64,000 bases of DNA from Burkholderiales bacterium (lineage in GTDB: Bacteria > Pseudomonadota > Gammaproteobacteria > Burkholderiales > Casimicrobiaceae): contig JAICKU010000009.1 in assembly GCA_025927765.1 (NCBI GenBank), positions 2,365 to 66,364 on the forward strand, given 5' to 3'. The position numbers were made by a program, and so were the translations under genes. The notes below the pieces were generated by a model. That model was not told the origin of the DNA. It did not search any database and worked only from the letters and a program-made list of their open reading frames with translations. Positions within the stretch are counted from its first letter, which is position 1. Each line of letters starts with the position of its first letter. Below, one piece after another: positions 46,464 to 55,815 of this stretch.

Positions 46464-47270
46464 ATGCGGCACAGCGTCAAGAGCTTGTTCGGTTTCACGA
46501 TGGGCGCCACGGACGGCGACCTCGGCGAGGTGACGGATGTCTACTTCGACGACCAGCGTTGGACCCTACGATACATGGTCGTCGCGACGGGTCGTTGGCT
46601 GCACGGACGCAAGGTGCTGATTTCGCCGCTGTCGGTGTCCGGGATTTCCTGGGACGACGGCGTGATCGACCTCAGCATCTCGCAGCAGCAGGTTCGGGAC
46701 AGCCCGGGTATCGATACCGATCGACCGGTCTCGCGGCAACACGAGATCGCGTTCCATAACCATTACGGCTACCCCAACTATTGGGAAGGATCCAATCCGT
46801 GGGGTCTTGGCACGTATACGCTTCCGTGGGTCGGTGCCTCGCCGGATGCCGCGCTATCTCCGCCGCAGTCCTTCGACGAGGTTGTCCGGCGCCGGCGCTT
46901 CGATTGCGACCATCCCACGGGCGACTGCCACCTGCGAAGCGGCAAGCAGGTCATCGGTTATGAAGTGATGGCCACCGACGGACCGGTGGGCACGGTCGGA
47001 GATTTCGTTTTCGACGACAGCAACTGGGCGATTCGCCATGCGTCGGTGACCATCCGGAGGTGGCTCTACGGCCGGCAGGTGCTGCTGCCGCCCGAGTCGA
47101 TCGCCGGCGTGAGCTGGCCGGAGCACGAGGTCTATGTGGACCTCGCGCGCGAGGCGGTCGAGGCGCTCCCCGAATACGATCCCGGTCTTCCCGAGCTCAC
47201 TGAACAGGAAGCGCCCGATGACGATCATGGTCGGCGTACCCCTGACCGATGGTCGGCGGAGCGGACATGA
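46464..47270 (+). CDS. PRC-barrel domain protein (two PRC-barrel repeats)
   Basis: 268 aa. LFGFTMGATDGDLGEVTDVYFDDQRWTLRYMVVATGRWLHGRKVLISP, and a second copy GKQVIGYEVMATDGPVGTVGDFVFDDSNWAIRHASV. Confidence 0.8.
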   Translation: MRHSVKSLFGFTMGATDGDLGEVTDVYFDDQRWTLRYMVVATGRWLHGRKVLISPLSVSGISWDDGVIDLSISQQQVRDSPGIDTDRPVSRQHEIAFHNHYGYPNYWEGSNPWGLGTYTLPWVGASPDAALSPPQSFDEVVRRRRFDCDHPTGDCHLRSGKQVIGYEVMATDGPVGTVGDFVFDDSNWAIRHASVTIRRWLYGRQVLLPPESIAGVSWPEHEVYVDLAREAVEALPEYDPGLPELTEQEAPDDDHGRRTPDRWSAERT

Positions 47271-47749
47271 GCAGCGTCACGCGCGCGCGCATGTATCAGG
47301 CGATCATCGTTGTGCTGCTGCTCGTCATCGCCGCGATGGCGTACAAATTCATCGTTTTGGGATCGACGGAAAGGGTCGACGACCGAAGGGTGGCCGTTGT
47401 CCTCGAGCCCGGCGACCGCGCGCTGATGCTGAGCGAAATGCGCGCCTTCGTGGCTGGCCTGCAGCAGATCACCGACGCGCTATCGCATGAAGACATGAAG
47501 AGCGTCGCCAAAGCCGCGCGCGCAATGGGAACGCCCAGGAGCCACGATGTCCCGCTCGCATTGATGGCGAAGTTGCCGCTCGAATTCAAGGCGCTCGCAC
47601 TCGGTGTCCATGGCGGCTTCGATACGCTTGCGACGGACGCTGAAGCAGTCGGCAAGCCGGCGCATACGCTCGCGCAGCTCTCCGGAATTCTGCAGAAATG
47701 CGTCGCGTGCCACGCGAGTTACGAGGTCAAGGACACGCGCGCGCCCTAG
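47267..47749 (+). CDS. Membrane-anchored class II cytochrome c (cytochrome c-prime-like)
   Basis: I prefer ATG 47267 (ATGA overlap with the PRC-barrel stop). N-terminal TM helix IIVVLLLVIAAMAYKFIVL, helical body, and a single CxxCH very near the C-terminus (LQKCVACHASYEV), as in the four-helix-bundle cytochrome c-prime/c556 family. Confidence 0.6.
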   Translation: MSSVTRARMYQAIIVVLLLVIAAMAYKFIVLGSTERVDDRRVAVVLEPGDRALMLSEMRAFVAGLQQITDALSHEDMKSVAKAARAMGTPRSHDVPLALMAKLPLEFKALALGVHGGFDTLATDAEAVGKPAHTLAQLSGILQKCVACHASYEVKDTRAP

Positions 47750-47765
47750 GTCGTGGCGGCGCCCA

Positions 47766-47933
47766 TTACTTTGGATAGAAGCCGGCACCAATGAGGCCCG
47801 GCGTTCCGTCGATGGTGACGCCCTTGACGTACGTCCATTTGCGCGACGGCTTGCTCTCGCCGGGCTTCGGGAAGACGTAATCCACCCATCCCGAACCCTT
47901 GTCGCGAACGATTTTCAGAAACTCGTCGTGCAT
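47766..47933 (-). pseudogene. C-terminal remnant of a small periplasmic single-Cache (sCache_2-like) protein
   Basis: 55-codon ORF MHDEFLKIVRDKGSGWVDYVFPKPGESKPSRKWTYVKGVTIDGTPGLIGAGFYPK. The GxGWVxYxWPxP...YV...G.G.Y pattern is the C-terminal end of sCache_2 proteins. The N-terminal ~90 aa and signal peptide are missing. The 5' end overlaps the end of the cupin ORF. Confidence 0.45.
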
Positions 47934-48442
47934 GGGCTTGCCGGTGTGCCGGCGCCCTGACCCGCTTCGCCGTGCCCAGCCTCCACGCGCTTCACGCCAT
48001 TCGGGCCACCAATGGTCTGTTCTCCGGTGAGCACGAAGAAAGCCTCGGAGCCGGGATGGCTGTGGACGCGCGTTACGCTGCCAGACGGACCGCTGGCGTC
48101 ATTGATGCGCAGGAGATATCGATTCGCGCTGACGCGGGGAATGGGCCCGATTTCGGCGACCTTCGTCCCTTTGCCAGGTGAAGCGTCGGCGGAGCCGAGC
48201 GTAAACAGCCACACCTTGCCGGCGGACTCGGCAACGAGCGACCACGGACCGGCTGCCGCGTTCGCCTGCTCGAGCGACCCGAACGTTTCGATCCGCCAGA
48301 ACAACTCGCCCCGAGGCAGCTCGCTGACCTTCTTCTCCGCGAGGGGTTTGATCACCAGCGGCTGCTGTGCGACGGCCACCGACACCACCAACCAGGCGAC
48401 GGCGAGAACCGCCGCTCGCTGGAGCAGGAGAAGTGCGTTCAT
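47915..48442 (-). CDS. Secreted cupin domain protein (C-terminus possibly truncated or replaced)
   Basis: I prefer ATG 48442 (MNALLLLQRAAVLAVAWLVVSVAVAQQ signal peptide). Cupin motif 1 is RVHSHPGSEAFFVLTGE. Motif 2 begins (VEAGHGEAGQGAGTP) but the expected His/Asn are replaced by an unrelated tail ASPCTTSF. Confidence 0.65.
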   Translation of the reverse strand: MNALLLLQRAAVLAVAWLVVSVAVAQQPLVIKPLAEKKVSELPRGELFWRIETFGSLEQANAAAGPWSLVAESAGKVWLFTLGSADASPGKGTKVAEIGPIPRVSANRYLLRINDASGPSGSVTRVHSHPGSEAFFVLTGEQTIGGPNGVKRVEAGHGEAGQGAGTPASPCTTSF

Positions 48443-48455
48443 TGGCGCGATTGCG

Positions 48456-48869
48456 TCATGCGGGCGGCGCGCGGCCAAGGCTCCCCGCGCTCAGGCGATC
48501 GTTGAACCGCTTCAAATCGATTACCACCCGATCGTGCGTGCCGCGGCCGATCTCCTCCCGCCCGTCCGTCGCGCTCACTCGGAACTCGATGCGTCGCCCG
48601 TCGCTTCGGATCACTTCGGCCGTTGCCTTGACGTGGCTGCCGATTGGGGTGGCGGCGAGATGGCTCACGTCGACATGCGAGCCCACGGCCGTCTCACCGT
48701 CCTCGAAATAGGGCTTGATCGCGTTGAGCGCCGCATTCTCCATGGCCATGATCATGACCGGCGTCGCAAGCACCGGAGGCAGCATCGCATCCTTGAACCG
48801 GTTGGCCAGATGCTCGGGTAGCACGACCATCGAGAACGTGCCGCGCGTTCCAACGGGTACCGTTCGCAT
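48456..48869 (-). CDS. Hot-dog fold thioesterase (fluoroacetyl-CoA thioesterase-like family)
   Basis: I prefer ATG 48869. MRTVPVGTRGTFSMVVLPEHLANRF...LPPVLATPVMIMAMENAALNAI...GSHVDVSHLAATPIG...RIEFRVSATDGREEIGRGTHDRVVI. Confidence 0.75.
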   Translation of the reverse strand: MRTVPVGTRGTFSMVVLPEHLANRFKDAMLPPVLATPVMIMAMENAALNAIKPYFEDGETAVGSHVDVSHLAATPIGSHVKATAEVIRSDGRRIEFRVSATDGREEIGRGTHDRVVIDLKRFNDRLSAGSLGRAPPA

Positions 48870-49183
48870 TACGCCTCCTTGGTCATGACCGTCGCGCATC
48901 ACTGGCGCGATCGCCCGAGGATGGTCTGCGCGCACGTCATCGGTTCACACCGTTCAAGGGCGTCGAGTGAAATCGTGCAATCTGCGCTCGAACCGCGACG
49001 CGCTGGCGCGCTCCAAATGCTACACCTGCGATCGGCATTTCCGCCCGCCCGCGGTGATGAACGTCGGCCTGAGTGCTTCGCAATTGAGTCAAGTGGCCCG
49101 GATGCTGGAGGAACGTGGCGACGCTGGGCAGCACGACGCATCGAAACGGCATAGGTCAAGCAGCAGGAGGAGACTTCGAAGCG

Positions 49184-49612
49184 ATGGTCGACGCCGGCTT
49201 GTTTCGAGCGCTCGTCATCTTCACCGTCCCCCTGACGGCATTGACGAGTACCGCAGAGGCGCTCGGTGCCGGTCCCGGGGAGCAGGCGTGGATGGGCCGA
49301 AGCGCGATGGGCAGCGGTGCCAGCAATACGGCCCGGTATCCCGGCTCCGCGACGGGCCTCACCGTCTGCGCGATCATCGTCACCCCTGCAGGTTCTGCTC
49401 GCGGTGCGGTGGGAATGTTCGCAGGCTGGAATCGTGCCGTGTTGGTGACGGTCGCATTCTCGCTGCTCGGCGCGTTCGCCGTATTCTTTGCCCGCCCTCG
49501 CATCGTTGACGACGCTGCACGCCCTGACGAACAAGGAGACATCCATGCCTACGCAGTGCACGCATCTAAACGAGGTCAAACGCGTCGAGCCGCGCACGCC
49601 CGACGGCTGTGA
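49184..49612 (+). CDS. Possible small membrane protein (weak call)
   Basis: Internal ATG 49184 of ORF 49115-49612, with AGGAGGAG ~11 nt upstream. Hydrophobic segments LFRALVIFTVPLTAL and AVLVTVAFSLLGAFAVFFA. It would overlap the next gene by 68 nt. No family recognised. Confidence 0.3.
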   Translation: MVDAGLFRALVIFTVPLTALTSTAEALGAGPGEQAWMGRSAMGSGASNTARYPGSATGLTVCAIIVTPAGSARGAVGMFAGWNRAVLVTVAFSLLGAFAVFFARPRIVDDAARPDEQGDIHAYAVHASKRGQTRRAAHARRL

Positions 49613-49826
49613 GGAATGCCTGAAGATCGGCTCCGACTGGGTTCACCTGCGAGTGTGCCTGACGTGCGGGCACGTCGGCTGCTGTGACGACTCGCCGAAC
49701 AAGCACGCGACGAAGCACTACCATCACACCCGTCACCCGATCATCCGCAGCTTCGAACCGGGCGAGGATTGGGGATGGTGCTATGTCGACGAGATCGTGT
49801 TCGAGCACGCCCCGCGAGCGGAATGA
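49545..49826 (+). CDS. UBP-type zinc-finger protein
   Basis: I prefer ATG 49545 (AAGGAGA upstream). MPTQCTHLNEV...CEECLKIGSDWVHLRVCLTCGHVGCCDDSPNKHATKHYHHTRHPI is the zf-UBP pattern. Confidence 0.8.
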   Translation: MPTQCTHLNEVKRVEPRTPDGCEECLKIGSDWVHLRVCLTCGHVGCCDDSPNKHATKHYHHTRHPIIRSFEPGEDWGWCYVDEIVFEHAPRAE

Positions 49827-49901
49827 TCCGCCGCGGTCGACGCCGTCCTGTTCGTGACGGCCGAATACAACCGGAGCGCATAAGGCACTGGAGAGCAGGA
49901 C

Positions 49902-50603
49902 ATGCTCGCACTACGCAAATCGCAGGACCGCGGCTATGCCGATCACGGCTGGCTCAAGAGCTACCACTCGTTCTCCTTCGCCGGCTATCGCGATCCTCGA
50001 CACATGGGCTGGGGCAATCTTCGCGTCATCAACGAGGATCGCGTGGCGGCCGGTGCCGGGTTCGGCCAGCACGGACACCGGGACATGGAGATCATCAGCT
50101 ACGTGCTCGAAGGCGAGCTCGCGCACCGGGATAGCATGGGCAACGTCAAGGGCATCCCGCCGGGCGACGTCCAGCGCATGAGCGCCGGAACAGGCGTCGT
50201 GCACTCCGAGTTCAATCACGCCAAGGATCGGACGACGCACTTCCTGCAGATCTGGATCTTGCCGGACGTCACCGGCATTCCGCCAAGCTATGAGCAGAAG
50301 ACGATTCCGGCCGCCGAGAAGCGAGGCAGGCTGCGCCGGATCGCATCCCCCGGCGAGTCGGACGACGGAGTGCGTATTCACGCGGATGCCAGCGTGTACG
50401 CCGGCCTGTTCGACGGCTCCGAAGCGGCGGAGCTGTCGCTCGACCCGGCGCGCAAGGGCTACGTGCATCTCGTGCGCGGCGCGCTGGAGGTCAACGGGCA
50501 GCGGCTGGAAGGCGGCGACGCGCTCCTGCTGCAGGACGAAAGCAGGATCGAACTCGCGAACGGTGACGGCGCCGAGGTGCTGGTGTTCGATCTCGCGCCT
50601 TAG
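49902..50603 (+). CDS. Pirin family protein (YhhW-like quercetin 2,3-dioxygenase type)
   Basis: 233 aa with RGYADHGWLKSYHSFSFAGY...GFGQHGHRDMEIISYVLEGELAHRDSMGN...MSAGTGVVHSE. Confidence 0.9.
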   Translation: MLALRKSQDRGYADHGWLKSYHSFSFAGYRDPRHMGWGNLRVINEDRVAAGAGFGQHGHRDMEIISYVLEGELAHRDSMGNVKGIPPGDVQRMSAGTGVVHSEFNHAKDRTTHFLQIWILPDVTGIPPSYEQKTIPAAEKRGRLRRIASPGESDDGVRIHADASVYAGLFDGSEAAELSLDPARKGYVHLVRGALEVNGQRLEGGDALLLQDESRIELANGDGAEVLVFDLAP

Positions 50604-50718
50604 ACTTGACGGTGCCCGGCTCTACAATGGGGCTCGCGTAACGTTGCGAAAAAGGAGAAGACATGGCGGAATCAACTTCCAGACCATCGCTGCCGCCAAC
50701 GGTTACCGGCGCGGGTGA

Positions 50719-52425
50719 CTACTCGCGCTTGAGATCGGGAAAATCTTCCTCGAAGAATTCGAGCTCGACACGCTCGCCACGCTCGCGTAGCGCGGCTTCT
50801 TTCTGTCGCAATTCGACACGTCGAATCTTGCCGGAAAGCGTCTTGGGCAGCTCGGCGACGAACTCGAGCCTGCGCACGCGCTTGTAAGGCGCGAGCTGCC
50901 TCCGCGCGAAGGCGAGAATTTCGACCGCAAGCTCGCGCCCCGGTGTGCTCGTTGCCGTGACGGTGACGAACGCCTTCGGAACGGCGTGGCGCAACGCGTC
51001 GGGACTCGGCACGATGGCGACCTCGGTCACCGCCTCATGCTCGAGCAGCGCGCTTTCGAGTTCGAACGGGCTGATCCGGTAGTCGGACGCCTTGAATACA
51101 TCGTCGGCGCGCCCGACGAACGTCACGTAGCCGTCGGCGTCGCGAACGGCCGTGTCGCCGGTGTGATAGCGGCCATGCCTCATTGCATGCGTGGTGGCTT
51201 CGGCGCTGTCCTCGTATTCGGCCATCAGTCCGGTGGGACGAGGATCGAGCTCGAGGCACACCTCGCCTTCATCCGACGGAAGGCCGTTCACGTCGAGCAG
51301 CACCACGCGATACCCGGGCAGCGGACGGCCCATCGAGCCTGGCTTCAATGGCTGCCCCGGCGGATTGCCGAGGATTGCCGTGGTCTCGGTTTGCCCATAG
51401 CCATCGCGGATCGTGAGACCCCATGCCGCACGCACCTGATCGATCACCTCCGGGTTCAGCGGCTCGCCGGCGCTCCCGAGCTCGCGCAGAGTGAGCTGGC
51501 CCCGGTATGCTGCTAGATCCTCCTGGATGAGGAGGCGCCACACCGTCGGCGGCGCGCACAACGTGGTGACCTTGCAACGCGCGACCGTCGCGAGCAATCC
51601 CTTCGCATTGAAACGCGCGGCGTTGTAGATGAACACGCAAGCGCCGGCGTTCCAAGGTGCGAACACGCAGCTCCACGAATGCTTGGCCCAGCCGGGTGAC
51701 GAAATGTTGAGATGGATGTCCCCGGGCTGAAGCCCCAGCCAGTACATCGTGGTCAGGTGCCCGACCGGGTAGCTCTGATGCGTGTGCAAAACGAGCTTCG
51801 GCTTCGAGGTCGTCCCCGAGGTGAAATAGAGGAGCAGCGGGTCGGTCGCCTGCGTCGGGCCGTCCGGCGTGAACGTCGTCGGGAAGGCATCGGCTGCACC
51901 GTGGCCCACCCACCCCGATTGCGCTGCACCCGAGCAGATGCGCGTGTACGCGCCTTCCACGTCGTCGAACTTCGGGATGTGCGCATTGGACGCCACCACG
52001 TGCCGCACGCGTCCGCGTTCGATGCGATCGCGCAGATCGCGGGGCGTGAGGAGCGCGGTCGCGGGGATCACAACGGCGCCGAGCTTCATCGCGGCGAGCA
52101 TCGTCTCCCAGAGCGCCGGCTCGTTGCCGAGCATCAGCAGGATCCGGTCGCCGCGCACGACCCCGAGGCTCCTCAGGTGATTGGCGACCTGCGACGCGCG
52201 CGCCGCGAGATCACGAAACGACTGGCGATGCTCGCTGCCATCCTCGCCGACGATCCAGAGCGCAGGGGCGTCGTTGTCCTGCGCCATCACGTCGAAGTAA
52301 TCGAGTGCCCAATTGAACTGGCCGAGCCGGGGCCAGCGGAAATCGCGTACTGCGACCGCATAGTCGCTGCGGTGCGCGTGCAGGAAATTGCGCGCGTCCG
52401 TGAAGAGATCGTGTGGTGCGCTCAT
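50719..52425 (-). CDS. AMP-dependent acyl-CoA synthetase/ligase (medium-chain/AcsM-like)
   Basis: I prefer ATG 52425 (MSAPHDLF...). AMP-binding motifs: LLYFTSGTTSKPKLV, DGYGQTE, YHTGDTAVRDADGYVTFVGRADDVFK, SGKIRR. Confidence 0.9.
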   Translation of the reverse strand: MSAPHDLFTDARNFLHAHRSDYAVAVRDFRWPRLGQFNWALDYFDVMAQDNDAPALWIVGEDGSEHRQSFRDLAARASQVANHLRSLGVVRGDRILLMLGNEPALWETMLAAMKLGAVVIPATALLTPRDLRDRIERGRVRHVVASNAHIPKFDDVEGAYTRICSGAAQSGWVGHGAADAFPTTFTPDGPTQATDPLLLYFTSGTTSKPKLVLHTHQSYPVGHLTTMYWLGLQPGDIHLNISSPGWAKHSWSCVFAPWNAGACVFIYNAARFNAKGLLATVARCKVTTLCAPPTVWRLLIQEDLAAYRGQLTLRELGSAGEPLNPEVIDQVRAAWGLTIRDGYGQTETTAILGNPPGQPLKPGSMGRPLPGYRVVLLDVNGLPSDEGEVCLELDPRPTGLMAEYEDSAEATTHAMRHGRYHTGDTAVRDADGYVTFVGRADDVFKASDYRISPFELESALLEHEAVTEVAIVPSPDALRHAVPKAFVTVTATSTPGRELAVEILAFARRQLAPYKRVRRLEFVAELPKTLSGKIRRVELRQKEAALRERGERVELEFFEEDFPDLKRE

Positions 52426-52514
52426 GCTGATGGCCTCGAAGGGTTGGTCGCTGCCGGCTTCGCGAATGACACCTATTCTGCCCGAGAACGTCACGATCGT
52501 TGTAGGCTTGTACG

Positions 52515-53204
52515 ATGGGCACGGCGCTCGTCACCGGCGCGAGCCGCGGCATCGGCCGCGAAGTCGCGCGCACGCTTGTGCGCGACGGGTGGCGCGTCCT
52601 GTCCGGCGTGCGCGACCCGAAGTCGGCGCCTCCGGACACGCGGGCGGAGACGGTCGACATGGCAGACCGCGCCTCGGTCGCCGCGCTGGCGGAACGGCTG
52701 CGTGCGCGTAACGAGCGCCTGGATGCACTCGTCAACAATGCAGCCATCTATAGCGGACCCGCGCGTCGCATCTGGGACGTCAACGTCCTCGGCCCGTTGC
52801 TGTTGACACGTGCGTTGCTGCCGCTTTTCGCGCCGAATGCGCGCGTGGTGATGGTGACGAGCGGGCTCGGAAAGCTCGCGGCTCAATCGGCAAGCCTCGT
52901 CAAGCGTCTGTCGGATCCCGGTCTGTCGCTCGCCGATCTCGAGCAGCTGGCCCGCGAAGCCCCGGACGGCTACGGGGCGAGCAAGGCGGCATTGAACGCG
53001 ATGGCTCGGGTGTTTGCCGAAGACTTGAAGCCGCGGGGGATACTCGTCAACGCGATCAGCCCCGGATGGGCACGCACCGACATGGGCGGACGCGATGCGC
53101 CGCGTTCGGTGGAGCAGGGCGCGGCCAGCGTGCTGTGGGGCGTGCGCTTGTCGCCTGATGGACCGACCGGAGGCGTCTTCGAAGATGGAAGAGCGATCGC
53201 ATAG
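52515..53204 (+). CDS. Short-chain dehydrogenase/reductase (SDR) family oxidoreductase
   Basis: 229 aa. ALVTGASRGIGREVA (TGxxxGxG), NNAA, catalytic YGASKAALN. Confidence 0.9.
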   Translation: MGTALVTGASRGIGREVARTLVRDGWRVLSGVRDPKSAPPDTRAETVDMADRASVAALAERLRARNERLDALVNNAAIYSGPARRIWDVNVLGPLLLTRALLPLFAPNARVVMVTSGLGKLAAQSASLVKRLSDPGLSLADLEQLAREAPDGYGASKAALNAMARVFAEDLKPRGILVNAISPGWARTDMGGRDAPRSVEQGAASVLWGVRLSPDGPTGGVFEDGRAIA

Positions 53205-53451
53205 CGCTCGCCCCCGATGAGGACGTTGCGCCGGGCTTCATCGTCGAGCGAAACGAGAAGAGCTTTTTGCGAGGCAGCCGGCGTCGCCGGAAGAACAGCT
53301 TGCGGCCATCGCGAGGACGCTTCGGCGGCGTCGCATACCTGGTCGACGACGACGAGATGAATGAGCGCCTGGCAGCGCTCGTTGCGCGCATGCGCTGATC
53401 GACCGAACCGTCGCAACGCTGCTCGTTGCCGTTACGATCTCGCGTTCGACG

Positions 53452-54948
53452 ATGCATTGCGAGGCACGGACATTGTCGGATTCGGCAAGTACTCCAAACA
53501 CCGCAACTGGCGACGCGCTCGCCGCGAGCTACGACGACGTTCCGTACACGAGCGCGCCGTCGCCGGCGCGCCATCCCGAGCGCCTTGCCACGATCGGCCA
53601 GCTGCTCGGCCTCGATGTGCCGCCCGTGTCGAACTGCCGTGTGCTCGAGCTCGCGTGCGGCGACGGTGCGAGCCTCCTGTCGATCGCAGCGACGCTGCCC
53701 GACGCGCACTTCGTCGGCGTCGACTTTGCCGCGCAACCGATCGCACGCGCTCGACGGATGGCGGACGCGATCGGCGTCGCGAACGTCGAACTGATGCAAC
53801 TCGACATCCGTGCACTGCCGCCCGATCTCGGCCGCTTCGATTATGTGATCGCGCACGGCCTGTACTCGTGGATCCGGGCGGAGGTCCGCGCGCACCTGAT
53901 GCCCGCGATTGCGCGGCATCTGGCGCCTGGCGGCGTGGCGTACGTGAGCTACAACACGCTGCCCGGCTCCTATATGCGCGCGGTCGTGTGGGATATGCTG
54001 AAGTACCACACGCGCGAAATTGCGGACACGCACGGCAAGCTCGTACCGGCACGCGCGCTGCTCGAGCTCGTCGCGACACCCGTCGCCACGGACAGCGCCG
54101 GCCAGCAGGCGATGCGTAGCGAAGTCCGCGACACGGCGCAGAGTTCCGATGCCGCGCTCGCGCACGACGACTTGAGCGAGCCGAACATCCCCGTCCACTT
54201 TCACCAGTTCGCCGCCGACGCCGCGCGCGCCGGTCTGGCGTTTTTGGCCGAGGCGCACGCGAACGCGATGACCGTCGCGGGCCTGGCGCCCCACGTGCGC
54301 GAAACGCTCGCGCGACTCGATCGGATCTCGCGCGAGCAGTACCTCGATTTCATCTATTTCCGCCGCTTTCGCGAATCGCTCGTCTGTCACTCCGAAGCGC
54401 TGTCGCGTGCCGTCGTGGAGCCCGCCCGTACGCTTCGCTTGCATGCGCTGCCGTCGCTCGAGGTGCGAACTGCGGCGGCGCGCGGCGAGGGGAACGCGAT
54501 GGATGCGCAAGCAAGCGCGATCGTCAGAGTGCTGCTCGAGCGCTGGCCGCAGTCGGTGCCGGTCGCGGAGATCGACGCGCGGCGCAAGCGTGACGCAACG
54601 CAGGCGTCGCCACCGACAGAACGCCTCGTCCTGGACCTCTACGGCGCCGGCATGATCGAACTGCGCACGGCGCCGATCAGCATCGCGCGCGTCGCCGGCG
54701 AGCGCCCCCGGGCGTTCTCGGCGGCGCGCTGGCTGACGCGCGACCACGAGGTGATTCCAAGCCTCTATCACGCCCCCTTGCGGTATCGCGATCCGCTGGG
54801 CCGCGCGCTCCTCGCGCTGCTCGATGGCTCGCGCACGCGGGCGGAGCTTTGCGCCGAACTCGGCGGCCCGTTCGCCGGCGCGGAGGGCCCCGGCCGTCTC
54901 GATCGTGCGCTCGGCGTCCTTGCAGGCAAGGCACTGCTCGTGGCCTGA
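53452..54948 (+). CDS. Class I SAM-dependent methyltransferase with C-terminal methyltransferase-regulatory domain
   Basis: 498 aa. Motif I VLELACGDGASLLSIA and motif post-I HFVGVDF. The long C-terminal domain resembles the predicted methyltransferase regulatory domain family. Confidence 0.75.
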   Translation: MHCEARTLSDSASTPNTATGDALAASYDDVPYTSAPSPARHPERLATIGQLLGLDVPPVSNCRVLELACGDGASLLSIAATLPDAHFVGVDFAAQPIARARRMADAIGVANVELMQLDIRALPPDLGRFDYVIAHGLYSWIRAEVRAHLMPAIARHLAPGGVAYVSYNTLPGSYMRAVVWDMLKYHTREIADTHGKLVPARALLELVATPVATDSAGQQAMRSEVRDTAQSSDAALAHDDLSEPNIPVHFHQFAADAARAGLAFLAEAHANAMTVAGLAPHVRETLARLDRISREQYLDFIYFRRFRESLVCHSEALSRAVVEPARTLRLHALPSLEVRTAAARGEGNAMDAQASAIVRVLLERWPQSVPVAEIDARRKRDATQASPPTERLVLDLYGAGMIELRTAPISIARVAGERPRAFSAARWLTRDHEVIPSLYHAPLRYRDPLGRALLALLDGSRTRAELCAELGGPFAGAEGPGRLDRALGVLAGKALLVA

Positions 54949-55113
54949 GCCGGCCACGCGGTCCCGCTAAGCCGTCGGCTCGTGACGCGAACAGGCGATC
55001 GAGGCAATACGCCCGGAATGCCGTCGAATCGCCTCCTGAACGTAATGACAATGCCGAATCGGAACGGCGCTGCCGTTTCGCCGCTCCAAGCGACTTTACG
55101 CCCAGGAGGTCCC

Positions 55114-55488
55114 ATGTCGCATTACATCGACGCGATCGTCATTCCCGTCCCCCGTGCCAACCTCGACACCTACAAGCGCATGTCCGCGGAATGGGGCAAT
55201 GCCCACCTGCGCCACGGCGCGCTGTATTACTCCGATGCGATCGGCGACGACGTCCAGCCCGGAAAGCTCACGTCGTTCCCGCAGGCCGTTCAACTCGAGG
55301 ACGGCGAGGTGATCGCGTTGGCGTGGGTCGTGTATCGGAACCGGGAGGACCGGGATCGCATCAGCAAGGCGGTCATGGACGATCCGCAGCTCAAGGCATC
55401 GATGGACCCATCGAAGATGCCGTTCGACGGCAAGCGCATGTTCTGGGGCGGCTTTGAGACGATCACCGAGCTCGCGGCCGGCCGCTGA
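55114..55488 (+). CDS. DUF1428 family protein
   Basis: I prefer ATG 55114 (CAGGAGG upstream). MSHYIDAIVIPVPRANLDTYKRMSAEW...KMPFDGKRMFWGGFETI matches the DUF1428 pattern as I remember it. Confidence 0.75.
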   Translation: MSHYIDAIVIPVPRANLDTYKRMSAEWGNAHLRHGALYYSDAIGDDVQPGKLTSFPQAVQLEDGEVIALAWVVYRNREDRDRISKAVMDDPQLKASMDPSKMPFDGKRMFWGGFETITELAAGR

Positions 55489-55509
55489 GCCTGCGCCGGT
55501 TCGCGGCCG

Positions 55510-55815
55510 CTAGTTCTTCGCGACACACCTCTTGCCGAGATTCGACTGGATCTTCGAAAGATCCGATGCGCCGGTGACGCCATCGAAGTCGAAGTCGTAC
55601 CAGCTCGAGCTTTGCGAGGGCGCGGTCTGGATCTGCGAGAACAGCGCCCAGTTCTTGATGTCCTGTTGATCGACCACCTTGTCGAGATTTCCGTCGCCGG
55701 GGCACGGCGTTTCCGAGCCGAGAATCTGCGTCAACGTCGCCGACAGGCTGTTGAAGTTCGTCAGCTGCTGTTGCGTGAGGGTGCCCGGACAGTTCTGCAC
55801 CCGCGCGCCGGTCAC
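55510..55815 (-). CDS. Dockerin-like/EF-hand-like repeat fragment (probably a C-terminal remnant, no signal peptide)
   Basis: 101-codon ORF with a GTG start and high GC3. Two Ca-binding-like loops: PGDGNLDKVVDQQDIKNW and DFDFDGVTGASDLSKIQSNL. It is contiguous, in a third frame, with the decayed cytochrome gene upstream. Confidence 0.4.
   Translation of the reverse strand: MTGARVQNCPGTLTQQQLTNFNSLSATLTQILGSETPCPGDGNLDKVVDQQDIKNWALFSQIQTAPSQSSSWYDFDFDGVTGASDLSKIQSNLGKRCVAKN

Noticed and set aside
53205-53451. Short frames in the SDR-methyltransferase spacer (...PASPEEQLAAIARTL... and ...AYLVDDDEMNERLAALVARMR then a stop).
   Set aside because: They are split across two frames, under 60 codons each, with no recognisable family and no start or RBS. 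Probably non-coding or a fully decayed relic.
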